This document shows positions 51,391 through 60,432 of a DNA stretch of 64,000 bases, piece after piece. The translations under genes were made by a program, and so were the position numbers. The notes beneath the pieces are model-generated. The model ran no database searches. It was not told the origin of the DNA and worked only from the letters and a program-made list of their open reading frames with translations. Within the stretch, counting starts at the first letter, position 1, and each line of letters begins with the position of its first letter. Origin of the DNA: Octopus sinensis (Eukaryota); contig NC_043016.1 in assembly GCF_006345805.1 (NCBI RefSeq), positions 15,128,001 through 15,192,000 on the forward strand, written 5' to 3'.

Positions 51391-54300
51391 ACAATAGGGT
51401 GAAATTACTTGTCGATTTGAATTGGGTTGTGTATATTGCGTTGCACTGTATTGATATGGTTGCGCATGCTGTGATACATTGTAATGAATGTCAAGTCCAC
51501 GGTTAGATTGAACATGTGACGTTGAATACTGGTTGTAATTTGAATAGCTGCTGGATGTAAAACTAACTTCAGAATGATCTGAGAAGCTGAGTTCAGATTG
51601 TGGAACAGACCGCTGAAGACTGCTATAATCACTGTCTGTGAAAGAGCCAGTTTCAACAGATTTAGAGGATACATGATGACTAGAAGTGCTACCAAAATCA
51701 AACTCCAAATCACCTGGATCATATGCTTCCATCCCATAGTCACTATATTTGGATTTACTCAGTGTGAAATTGCGAGAAGTGCTAGATCGATTACTTGAAG
51801 TTGTAGCAGCTGCATATAAACGGCTGTGTGATCGTGGATCTACTCTTTCTGAAGGTTGTGGACGTCTTGTACTTTTGGGTTTGTCAGCAAGTATTTCCTC
51901 AATAATGCGATTTCTTTCTTTGCCTAAAAAATCATAAATTAAATTGTTAGCTTTATTATATGAAAAACATAAGATAATCATTCAACAAAAGATACATTCA
52001 ACAAAAAATTTTCACTTCTATTTTAAAAAAAAATGTAAAAATAGTTCTGAATTTTACATTATTTTGCAAATTCCTATAATATTTTATGAAAATTAAAATC
52101 TGTAATAATTCTGTAAAAAAAAACATGACATCGTAATTTCGTAATCTACAAATGAAGAAATTGACTTACAGAAGAAGTGTTTTGTTTTAAATAAAACAAA
52201 TTACAAATATAGGGGAATTAGTTACAAATTTAAAAAGTATTCTCTGCTTTCTTCATTATCATTCTTCTTAACCCTTTAACATTTAAACTGGTGAAAATAT
52301 TCTCCCTTCTTTATGTTCACACTGGTCAGATCTGGCCTCTCACACCTACCCTACAATGTCGTTCTAAAAATAAGCAATCACATCATTGAAATCTTAATGC
52401 TACAATAAGCAAGCATTACATTTGACAGCGTAGTCTGAATATTAAAGGGTTAAATTTGGTATAAGCTAAGAAGAACTCTTTATGAACTGATCTACGAACA
52501 AACCAATGACATCCATCCACCACTGGATACATCACAACCAATATCCTGCATCACACAAGTCCATGAAACTCTAGATATCTTTTTGTGCACAAAATAGTCG
52601 TTATACTATGCCATACATTCATAGGGTTGCTTTGTTGTGGCCATGATGCCCGTCAACTGGTCATATTGCATTTATATATTTTCCCTATACATCATCCATT
52701 ATCACTTCTACATCAGTTTTCTCTCTTTCTCCTATTATCCGTTGATAGATTTGCAATGCAGCAGTAAATGTTGCAACCTCTAAAAGTCACAGCATCAGCA
52801 TAGTTGACAGAAAAATTCTTATTTCAGGTTTGGGCTGGAATTTTATGATCGGATAGCATTCTTGTTGGCAACTCCCTTGCAAAACAGTTTGGTTTTGTAT
52901 TACATGACAATTGTATAAGTGCTCTTTTGTACATTTATCAATTTGGCAATAGGAAGGGCGACCAACCATAGAAACCATGCCAAAAGACAAATGGTAAAAG
53001 GACAGCTCTCCAACTCAAACTGTCCAACCCATACCAGCATGAGAATATGTATAGATCAGTGCAAACTTGTGAACTGAACTTTTTTTTTATATAGACACAT
53101 ACAAAACAAAAGCTATATAAATTAATAAATCATTGGTTTGGAGGTCACAAATTTTTGTCTTACCCATTATATCTATAATCACAGTTATTATGTTGCCCAT
53201 CTTCGATGTTTGATTTAGTTTATCAACACAGGCTTTAGCACACTTGGAAGATGAAAAAAGTACCTAAAATACAAAACAATCACATCAATATTTTGAAATA
53301 AAATATGTCAAAAGTTATATTATCTTTAAATGTATACACTGTTAGAAAATTTTGTGTGAAAGAATATTTGTGTATTTATAGAAAACATTCAAAAACAGCA
53401 TGAATATTTTAAGATTGCATGCAAATAATGATACCCACCAGACTGTTTATACATTTTTATATGTTCACTATAAAGATTTTAAAAAAAAATATGGAGAGAG
53501 AGTGTGTGTGTGTGTGTTTTCCTAAAATGTTCTAAGTAAATAAAATCATTTCGGCATAATAGAAAAATGCCATGAGAAACAACAGTTATTAATAAGTCCA
53601 ATGGGATAAGTAAGTACAAGACTTAAGAATCAAGATAAGGTGACAAAACATGGATTTTACCACTTGTCAGTCATTTGTCATCTCTCTTGTGAGGCCCAAC
53701 CTCACCACACTCCATGACTTCTTTTGGTTCCTCACTCCACAGATACCATTTATCCAAAATACCTTGCACATCTTCAGAAAGCTGACATCCTCCATACGTA
53801 TTACCTGTAACACTAATGCAGCCTTCTCTCTTATAAATTTCCAAAGTCTTCTTATAGCCCGTTTCACTCTCATCTCATTTGTGCCCCACCATTCACGCAG
53901 GCATTATAAATCCATTGTAGCAAGCTTGCTCCATTGTTTTTTCCTGACCTCTCAATTCTTCTGTATGCAAAACTCCACAACTGACGGTCAAGCAGCATTG
54001 CACTTCATAAACAATTATCATAAAATCTCTCCTTCATTTTTAGAGAGAACCACTTTGTTGTTAACAGAGGTAAAAGCTATCTGAACTTTTCCAACAGTAT
54101 TTTTTAGTTTGGCAACTGTGCCTTTGGAGCACCCACTTCCAATGTTAATTAGGCTACCCAGGTAACAAAAGCCATCAACTCCATCATCAAGGAAGTTTTC
54201 TGCATCTATTTTCTGAGTACTCTAACTACTAACTACTCCTGTACACTAGCCACACACAAAGCCTGCCAGTGACCTCATCACATCATTTGTGCAACCATAA

Positions 54301-57300
54301 TTTACATTGGATACACCACATGGAATTCTTACCTACACATTTGCAACTTATTCGGAATGGCTATTTCACTACTGGTAGTCTTCTTCCCTGTTATTTGAAA
54401 TTTTAGATTTTGTAAGATTACCTTTGAGGCATCTTGATTCCAGGTTTTACTTCTGATGTATACTGACACTCCATCAATTACAATGATTAGTGTTTCAGTT
54501 GATCTGATTAACGGAACAGCTTGCTTGTGAAATTAATGTGCAAGTGGCCGAGCACTCCACAGACACAAATATCCTGTGGTTATACAATACTTATGCACAA
54601 AGTGCAGTGTTGCATGGCTTTAAAGTAGATTTGTGAAGATAAGACAGAAATGAAGTGAACATACATCACTGAATGAACAATAACAATATGTATAAACATA
54701 TTGAGCTGAGAGAAAAGTTTGGAAATAAGATGACTCAGATGTAGCATGCAACAAAAGAAATTAAGCTTGTATGGGTATGAGATGCCATGTAAAAAGCACC
54801 TGCACTGGTGCCACATAGAAAACATGTGCTGGTACCATAAAAAACGCATCTGTTACACTCTGCAAAGTGGTTGATATTGGGAAGGGCATCTAGCCATAGA
54901 AACCATGCCAAAACAGATAACTGGTGCAACCCTTCAGCTTGCCAACTCCTTGCCAAACCATCCAACCCATGCCAGCATGGAAAACAGATACCTGATGATG
55001 ATACACACATTTTAAAACAAATTACTCATTTCTCTGAGACATGAGGCATGCCTCTGGAAACCAGCTAACCTCACACAACATTAACTTGTCAGTTGCCACA
55101 AACAATAGGACTGACCCTACCCTACCCAACACACACAGACAGAGAACTTTTAGAAAACCAAACAAGCAAGTGTAAAGCAACAACCAATTTTTAAATCATC
55201 ATCATCATTATTATTATTATTATATAAGATTCATACTTTTCCAATTCCCATGTGTTTTTTGGTCTTTGGATGGTGATATATCTTAATTTCTTCTATACTT
55301 CCAAAATGCTGACACATGTTTTCTAGAAATTTAAAATCGATGTTGTCATTCAGATTTGTAAATGTCACTTCATTAGGAGGTGGTATTCCAATATAGTGCT
55401 GATCATACTGCAAATAAAAAAATATCAAACAAATACAGTTATTATATTGTGAATCACAGACAACTGTTTCATAAAATTGTTTCCACATTTGACACAAAGT
55501 TACTTCTATATTGCATTATTAACGACAAAGTAAATTAATCCAACAAGCAGTCATACATAGAGAAAGACATGAGGATTAGCTTGGTCTATCAAAGAAATGA
55601 AAATGACAGTGGAGACAGATACAAAAGCATCTCAGGTAAAAACAAAAAGTGTTCCAGCATCCTCAGAATGTGACAACAAGTATCAAATGTGTAGCTTGCA
55701 GTTCAAGAATGGTTTTTGACAGAAGAGAAGAATGCATCAGTGACAGGCCAGTTCCAACTTATATCTCCATTTAATGCAGAAGGTAAAAGTAGACAAATAT
55801 AAGATCTTTAGCTCAGAAAAGACTGATTGCTACAGAAATCCATACAGAAAGCAAGTGGCTAAGGTTTTTGAAGCTGCTTTCAGAAGACAATTGGTTTGGG
55901 AAATCTGTTGATCATATCAAAACCAAAGAAAAGGACTTCCATATTGTATGAATTGACTTGGGAAAAAATGCACAGATCCATTATGCTCGTACTTTTACCA
56001 TCAGGGACTGGGTTTCATCCTATCACAAACTATGTGCAAAGACTTCTCATGAAATTACTCAATTTTGTATTTGTTTCATCAGTAGAAAGTTCATATTGAC
56101 AGGTGTTAACTCTGGTATCAACATTTATCTTGAATACTTAACACACTCATTCATCTCAATCTATATCGTCTCTGTTGTCCATTATCAGTATCCCTATAAA
56201 AGCCAATTTGAGGGCCATCCACACTCCATCTCTCAGGAGACAACATATACCCGAGTCAGAGATTTATGTAAGGTCTGTCGCAATGAGATGCAACCACCAA
56301 AGTAAGCCAAATATGAAATCAGTTGTCACCATGGACAATATGAAAAGCCAAATGAAATAAACCAGTTCCCATAAGCATTTGTCCAAAATGGATTTTCAAC
56401 CTGGCAGTAGATGAGAACAACATTAGACGTAAAGAGACAGCAGCGGTTGGACAGGACTGATAGAACTATATGCACGTAAACATTTTGTGTTGGCCCTTTG
56501 ACAGGTAATCTTTCACAAGACAACAGAACTAGCTTTTGAAAGTCTAACGACTACAGAAAATGCAAATGGGGTCCCACTAGACCCTTAGCCACAGGGAATA
56601 ACCTACAGCTTTTAGGCATTACATTTACCTGATGGACAATTTTATTTTTCTGACACCACAAGCTATAATTCCTGACCATCAATGACATATATTCAGTACC
56701 CAATTAACATTGCTAAATCAAGAACTTAAAGTACATTGTAGGGGTGCCATAAAATCTCTTTTTTCGTTCTGTGCTGATGATGCTCTCCAAGAACTAAATC
56801 ATAAGATAATTCCTTGAAATCATCAAGATGGATGATATGACCAACACATCACTTACGATGATGACACCTCAAAAGGTGAGCTTCCATACTGAGACAGCCA
56901 ACCCTTTCCATCCCCTACTCTGTCACACATAAAAGATGTCCAACTGGTGTTTAGTATATTGCTTAGACATTTCCAATGAAATTTTGTAAGAATTTTAACA
57001 CTTCATTGATCACTGATAAAACATACAGTCTTAAACAAATATTGCAGAACTGTGACGATGCAAGCCTTAGAACTGCAAAGCTTGACAGAAAATCAAAGTC
57101 CCTGTCTGCCTAAATTATTACTCACAATTACCAATATAATTGACCCCTTATCAATACTCAAAATGATCTCAGAATTCAGGGAATCATGCATTCCTTTTGG
57201 TTATGAAAATGATCAATGAAACATGAACAAGTGTACAAACTGAGATGAAGGAATATAAATCTAAAAACCTTAAATTTTGGAACTTCCAAATCCATAATTT

Positions 57301-59634
57301 GGCGACTGGTCCATAGCATGTAGCGAGGATTTGACCTTGAATTTGAACGCCGTCGAGGATCTTTCACATCAATTGTCTGTTCCTATGTAAAATAATGTGG
57401 ATATTGATTAAAACATGAAATGTTAGAATTTAAAAACAAGAAAAAAAATCTTACACATATTCTCAGTGAAATATAACAAGAAAAAAATAATAAAATGAAA
57501 ATTTACATTATTCTTTTAATAACATGGTTGAAATATTTCTTGCAAGTTAACTGTTGTGAGAAAGACACACTTTGGGAATAGATTGGGTGCAGGGGTATAG
57601 ACATGATATGATTTTAAGGTTTCATTTGTGCCAAGATGGATGGGTCCTAAAGTACAACAAATTGCCAGTCATCTCGGTCCTTTGTTATCTCTTCCTCAAG
57701 ACTCAACATCCCAATGTCATCCCACATTTTACTGGTTCTACCTCTTATACATATTTCATCCACATTTAGCTATCGGCGCTTCTTTATGCAGCTGCCTCCA
57801 TCCACATACATTATACAAAAATAACACTGAATGTAATTGAATTCAGGAATTCTATATATGAAGAAAAAGGAAATGCTATGTTTTCACTTCAATACAAAAG
57901 TTGTATTAGTCCTAACGGAGTACTGCAGAAACAGAAAAATAGTTTGAGAAATTAATAGAAAGTGCTGACAAAAGAACAAAATCAATGTATGACATGATTC
58001 AGATACAAAACTTTTCAATTAGTAAGATTGCACTTTAATGAGTCAATCATTTAATTTATGAAATTTTCTTTTTACAAATTTCTGAGCTAATCACAAATTT
58101 ATTTCTTATAAAGTTAATATTCAATAGTTGACAATTGTTCTCACGCCTATTGCACATATTCTAAACATCTAGAAAATTTCCTGTAGCTTTTAACCTTTTT
58201 CATTTCAATCTGCCTGAAACTGCTTCTGGTTCTTTGATACAAAATCTGTTTTAACCCTTTAGCATTTAATCCAGCCATATCCAGTCCAAATAGTCTACCC
58301 AACCTACCCAACCAAAATAGCCTACATGTTTTGTGTTAAAACTGACCACGTCCAACCTATCAAATCTACCATACAATAATCATTCTAAAAATATATAAAC
58401 ACAAGATTGAAATCTTGAAGTTACCAGATAATGCATGACTAATTCAAAGCAATGTTAATAAAGAATACATTTGACAAAGAAATCTGAATGCTAAAGGGTT
58501 AAAATGTTCACATTAAAATCTTCCATCTTAATTTTAAGTTGTTCCAAACCCAAGCTCAATAATCCCACTAAATTCTAAAACTGTTTCCAAAATACTTAAA
58601 ATACAGACCAGTATATTTTATGATTATACTTTTATACTATACATTTGCACAGTGATATTAATTTCTAATGAAACCTATAGCCTAGTTACTTTTAAAATGT
58701 CCAAATAACAGGCTAATTTTATAAACAATTCACATACTTCCTCCTTTATGGATTGCATCAATCCACTTCTAATTTGCAAGAAATATCACAATTAATTTAC
58801 ACTTATTTAGCAATAACATACAAAATTGTTCATTTGAAGCACTGACGACATATTTACAGAAAATGAATAGAAAATAGAGACAAGAAATCAAACTGAGATC
58901 AATACTAAAGTAATACTTCCCCGCTCCTCCAAAATGTACATATTCTAAGAATTGTATGTCACAGTTTATTTTCTTACTGGTGACCATTATCAGTTATGCC
59001 TAATTTATCATTAGTTATGTCTAATCAGAAAGAAAAAAAAAAACAATCTAGAGAATGCCAATTTAGAAGCAATGAACTAATATGATTTAGACAATGTTTT
59101 CCAATAAAGTAAAAAAAGACACAAAACATGATGCAGAATATTTCTGAAATATTTAACCCTTTTACTGCAGAAAGCAGTTTTTGCATATTAATCTTTGTTG
59201 AGGAATGTCATATTCGAAACAAGTTTCTTTTGAGATATTTCAACTTTATTGAGGCAACACAAATTGCAGAAAATGCCAATTCTATTTTTTGATAGATATT
59301 TAACATAATTACTGGAGAAACCATGAAATTTAAATCCACAATGAAAGAGTTAAACATAGGGAAATACTTAAAATAAAATACATCACTTCTTTCAACCCCA
59401 ATACATGACAGGTATGTTTTTCAAGACCAATAAAAACATACTAGCAATTTACAAATTCTTATTCTTATGCAAAATATGTATGAAATTCGCTTACCCCAGG
59501 CAACAGACCATCAAATCTGTAAAGCTTTTGCTGAACTTTATCATCAAGTAATGGGTCCTTAAGGAGCCGATAATTCCGTCTTTTCTTCTCCATTATTTGA
59601 TTTTCTGAGGAAGGCTTCACTAAACCATTAATAC
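14171..59634 (-). CDS. SETD1: SET1/COMPASS histone H3K4 methyltransferase (SETD1A/B ortholog), 14 coding exons, ~1739 aa from ATG at 59593
   Basis: Manual exon chain: 59634-59495, 57382-57269, 55407-55237, 53263-53164, 51923-49741, 45890-45639, 42133-42040, 40468-40376, 38427-38235, 32476-31206, 20453-20347, 19791-19681, 16033-15776, 14344-14171. All GT-AG with matching phases (5220 nt from ATG 59593 including stop). Domain order is the SET1-family one: N-terminal YRFDG/DPR/VPKFK region, RRM, conserved KDL-KKMVEN-AF-FE-WW segment, acidic tract, WIN motif, N-SET, SET, post-SET. Confidence 0.96.
14555..15340 (+). mobile_element. RTE LINE RT fragment in the last SETD1 intron (antisense to gene)
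   Basis: [38 protein letters not shown] motifs in broken frames. Confidence 0.9.
15776..16033 (-). CDS. SETD1: SETD1 SET-domain exon: [36 protein letters not shown]...ARFINHSCN
   Basis: Acceptor ttacag, donor GTAAGT; canonical SET motifs including RFINHSC. Confidence 0.98.
16840..19250 (-). mobile_element. RTE-clade LINE, long degenerate fragment (RT, Cys-rich finger, 3' UTR)
   Basis: ORFs 18390-19010 and 17795-18439 ([48 protein letters not shown] for YADD) and C-terminal [15 protein letters not shown]. Multiple stops and frameshifts. Confidence 0.95.
19681..19791 (-). CDS. SETD1: SETD1 N-SET exon: [37 protein letters not shown]
   Basis: Acceptor ttttag, donor GTAAGT; RxxxRR (RHNIRR) and KFNQLK motifs. 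Confidence 0.95.
20010..20339. mobile_element. Non-autonomous fold-back element made of two inverted Penelope pseudo-LTR tails
   Basis: Arms 20007-20154 and 20162-20310 are reverse complements and match the module at 32858-33010; flanked by the 12-bp direct repeat AACATACATTTT (19998-20009, 20340-20351). Confidence 0.9.
20214..20260 (+). ncRNA. Minimal type I hammerhead ribozyme motif (Penelope type), helix III mutated
   Basis: AGACAC-CTGATGA-A-GGTTG(gagggtatat)CAGCC-GAAA-CAT-T-GTGTT; the palindromic ACGT of the 32907 copy reads ACAT here. Confidence 0.7.
20347..20453 (-). CDS. SETD1: SETD1 WIN-motif exon: [36 protein letters not shown]
   Basis: Acceptor attcag, donor GTATGT; GSARTEG is the WDR5-interacting (WIN) motif. 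Confidence 0.95.
21690..22150 (+). repeat. Truncated RTE 3'-UTR copy with internal 63-bp tandem units and (GAT)n tail
   Basis: Three near-identical 63-bp units plus a degenerate fourth, then GGAGTGGTTGGCGTTAGGAAGGGCATCCAGC...GATGATGAT. Same family at ~2640-3040, 25255-25472, 27050-27268, 34808-35190, 35457-35615, 37150-37345, 43010-43200, 54780-55005, 61750-61868, 63170-63602 (+) and 4600-4760, 10765-11060, 22915-23050, 28115-28400, 44710-44912 (-). Confidence 0.9.
23650..24552 (-). mobile_element. Extremely AT-rich non-coding insertion carrying the second hammerhead motif (putative non-autonomous retroelement)
   Basis: Sharp composition shift, TA-rich flanks, terminal hairpin CACTATT/AATAGTG near 23663-23686, no ORF of 60 aa or more in the track. 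Confidence 0.5.
23794..23896 (-). ncRNA. Candidate hammerhead ribozyme, second family, long AT-rich helix II
   Basis: Minus strand AAC-CTGAAGA-T-TGACTATAAT...ATTGTAGCCA-T-GAAAC-GTAC-GTA-GTT; palindrome ACGTACGT; short helix I; non-canonical closing of helix II. Confidence 0.55.
26034..26257. mobile_element. piggyBac-type MITE
   Basis: TTAA|CCCTTTTGTTACC ... GGTAACGAAAGGG|TTAA; partial relatives at ~10285-10480 and 41820-42030. Confidence 0.85.
27380..27690 (-). mobile_element. tRNA-derived SINE, further family
   Basis: Minus strand tRNA-like head (...GAGTTCAATTCCC) then TTGAGCAAG and CCAGTTCACTCAGCTG; partial related copy at ~54495-54570. Confidence 0.65.
27722..27900. repeat. Long imperfect palindrome (~84-bp arms, 11-nt loop)
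   Basis: The reverse complement of 27817-27900 matches 27722-27805 with 7 mismatches, all transitions. Confidence 0.92.
29330..30665 (-). mobile_element. Degenerate RTE LINE fragment
   Basis: Homologous by eye to 17400-18750 (KAPGP, LSP-LFI, ADD, Cys-rich finger, LLLT/RVK region), heavily mutated. Confidence 0.8.
31206..32476 (-). CDS. SETD1: SETD1 exon (1271 nt), pre-WIN region ending ...[12 protein letters not shown]...VHKS
   Basis: ORF 31183-32460 extended to acceptor tgcag (32477), donor GTAAGC (31205). GIDLEDI-FL---Y--LLQ and WLND--WVDHP are conserved SET1-family segments. Confidence 0.95.
32858..35760 (-). mobile_element. Penelope-like retroelement, rearranged and degenerate, with pseudo-LTR copies and nested insertions
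   Basis: Minus-strand RT motifs YRQEEG-AMGS-LS (35620-35700) and LRHVDDTF...FTME-E----L-FLD (35200-35410); LPYVKGL-EKI (~34610-34650); GIY-YIG-type [20 protein letters not shown] (~34405-34490); N-terminal L-RCRD--LIP-GL and KGLNFA (33170-33750). Repeated terminal module at 33748-33978 and 32858-33090. Confidence 0.9.
32907..32953 (-). ncRNA. Minimal type I hammerhead ribozyme motif (Penelope type), core G8C variant
   Basis: Minus strand AGACAC-CTGATCA-A-GGCTG(gaggttatat)CAGCC-GAAA-CGT-T-GTGTT; helix I GACAC/GTGTT, helix II GGCTG/CAGCC, palindromic ACGT as helix III. Confidence 0.7.
38235..38427 (-). CDS. SETD1: SETD1 exon, Asp/Glu/Ser-rich acidic tract
   Basis: Part of ORF 38201-38503; acceptor tttgtag, donor GTATTG; phase 1 to 2 is needed to join the next exon; SETD1 proteins have an equivalent acidic tract. 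Confidence 0.88.
39520..40225 (+). mobile_element. Degenerate RTE LINE C-terminal fragment
   Basis: LEL---KVNL-K-K, GK-GKQ, LHW-GH, RRGKP--T remnants matching the other RTE copies. Confidence 0.7.
40376..40468 (-). CDS. SETD1: SETD1 exon: [31 protein letters not shown]
   Basis: Strong acceptor tttctttcag and donor GTAAGG, 93 nt, phase 1/1. It is frame-neutral, so support is splice signals plus acidic composition only. Confidence 0.75.
42040..42133 (-). CDS. SETD1: SETD1 exon: [31 protein letters not shown]
   Basis: Acceptor ccaacag, donor GTAAAA; phase 0 to 1; RPPSP continues the family pattern after PSFK. Confidence 0.85.
44003..44215 (+). mobile_element. Full-length tRNA-derived SINE (family with GGTCGACTTTGCCTTTCATCCTTTCGGGGTC core)
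   Basis: A-box-like TGAGCTGGCAGAA and B-box-like GAGTTCAAATTCC; 19-bp direct repeat AATATTTAACTTCCAGGAA at 43984-44002 and 44216-44234. Related copies at ~3545-3660, 4345-4460, 7065-7275, 25670-25895, 28046-28830 (split), 34256-34404 (-). Confidence 0.9.
45084..45313. mobile_element. hAT-type MITE
   Basis: Ends CAGTGTTTCTCGACC / GGTTGAGAAGCACTG; related ends at ~37731 and ~9985; TSD not clean. Confidence 0.65.
45639..45890 (-). CDS. SETD1: SETD1 exon: KENNQNEKV...[18 protein letters not shown]
   Basis: Not in the ORF track. 252 nt open frame between tttcag and GTAAAT; LGIR-MP-MPSFK matches the SET1-family motif following the WW segment. Confidence 0.9.
47190..47478 (+). mobile_element. tRNA-derived SINE, distinct family, ending TCACGTGATCACGTGAT
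   Basis: Head TGGCCCAGTGGTTAGGGCAG...GGTTTCAATTCCC resembles A/B boxes; lies between two microsatellite blocks; single copy in the window. Confidence 0.7.
49255..49490. mobile_element. SINE-like repeat (CAGTCATTTGACTGTGGCCATGCTGGAGCAC family)
   Basis: Recurs at ~3230-3385, 6660-6840 (opposite orientation), 22560-22780, 30700-30880, 37935-37995, 61400-61600; usually abuts (CA)n and a CORE-like SINE. Confidence 0.75.
49741..51923 (-). CDS. SETD1: SETD1 large exon (2183 nt): Ser/Gln/Pro-rich region, acidic patch, conserved [24 protein letters not shown] segment
   Basis: Core of the 770-aa ORF 49669-51981, trimmed to acceptor tttttag (51924) and donor GTATGT (49740). [10 protein letters not shown] and KDL-KKMVEN-AF-FE-WW are typical SETD1 segments. 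Confidence 0.95.
53164..53263 (-). CDS. SETD1: SETD1 exon, RRM second half: [33 protein letters not shown](G)
   Basis: Not in the ORF track. Acceptor ttttag, donor GTAAG; TS-MGNII motif; phase 0 in, phase 1 out. Confidence 0.92.
53640..54480 (-). mobile_element. Degenerate RTE LINE C-terminal fragment
   Basis: ORF 53667-53873 ([16 protein letters not shown]) plus Cys-rich finger remnant at 54230-54350. Confidence 0.75.
55237..55407 (-). CDS. SETD1: SETD1 exon, RRM first half: [57 protein letters not shown]
   Basis: Acceptor tgcag, donor GTATGA; VTF-NLNDN and HPKTKKH-G motifs of the SET1 RRM. Confidence 0.95.
56280..57150 (+). mobile_element. Very old LINE RT remnant (CR1/L2-like)
   Basis: Only scattered motif remnants in the expected order (DFQPG, AF-S, CADD at ~56768-56782). 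Confidence 0.4.
57269..57382 (-). CDS. SETD1: SETD1 exon: [38 protein letters not shown]
   Basis: Acceptor catag, donor GT at 57268, phase 0/0; DPR and L-VPKFK motifs of the SET1 N-terminus. Confidence 0.9.
58255..58498. mobile_element. piggyBac-type MITE, second subfamily
   Basis: TTAA|CCCTTTAGCATT ... AATGCTAAAGGG|TTAA; relatives at 52272-52449, 36193-36387, ~21170-21365, 22170-22380, 46070-46280, 8700-8860. Confidence 0.85.
59495..59634 (-). CDS. SETD1: SETD1 exon, N-terminal: (G)[46 protein letters not shown]
   Basis: Not in the ORF track. Acceptor ttccag ends at 59635, donor GTAAGC at 59494. RNY-LL-DP...YRFDGLLPG matches the SET1-family N-terminus. In-frame ATG at 59593; the frame is open to the acceptor, so a further upstream phase-1 coding exon is possible. 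Confidence 0.9.
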
Positions 59635-59732
59635 CTGGAACATAAAATATTCTACTAAATATACTTAGTTATAAGATATACGACATACATGTATGAGTAT
59701 GTATGTATAAATATATGTATAAATATGCATAA

Positions 59733-59796
<64 letters not shown>

Positions 59797-60432
59797 AATT
59801 TACTTAAACAAGGAAACCATCCAGAAGAGTTGCAGGAAATTCCAATGTCAACTGGAGTCCGTGGCTGATGCCAATAGCGATTTTATTGAATAAATTTTTC
59901 TGTGTAGTATTTCAAGGTGTAATATATCAGTTAAAATGATATGTCAGTGTTATTTTCATTTTTGCATTAATTTAGACCAGTTTATTCACTGCACCCTCCT
60001 ACACCCACATCCACCCAAACCCACACACAATCTTCAACAGTGACACCACACATACCACAATATGAGCAGCCACACGTTACACACACACCCACACACGTCA
60101 AAGTCACTAGCTCCTATTCATACACATTCACATATGCACCTTCATCTGGGATCACTATCACTTTATAATCTCCCTTTCTTTCAACCTCTTCTTTCAAACG
60201 TTTTTTCTAATCAGTCGCCATGCTTGACTGCTAAATCTACAGGCTTTTTTCATTCTCTCTCTGTTTATTTTCTCTTATTCCTTTCTGTTGAAGAGCGTAG
60301 GCTCAAAACATAAAAGACTTTTTCATTTTCCCAAGCGTCAAACTAATACACCTGCTTGTTGTTCATACACCTGTCTTCGCCTTTTGTTTTTCTATAAACT
60401 TCAACTATATATATATATATATATATATATAA

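Noticed and set aside
49669-51981. 770-aa ORF as a stand-alone gene
   Set aside because: It is one internal SETD1 exon. Its first ~19 and last ~24 residues are intron read-through beyond the splice sites; likewise for ORFs 31183-32460, 15539-15949 and 20242-20472.
53164-53263. TSKMGN instead of the vertebrate TSVMGN in the RRM as a sign of RNA recoding
   Set aside because: A-to-I editing cannot turn AAG into a Val codon, and this position varies among SET1 proteins.
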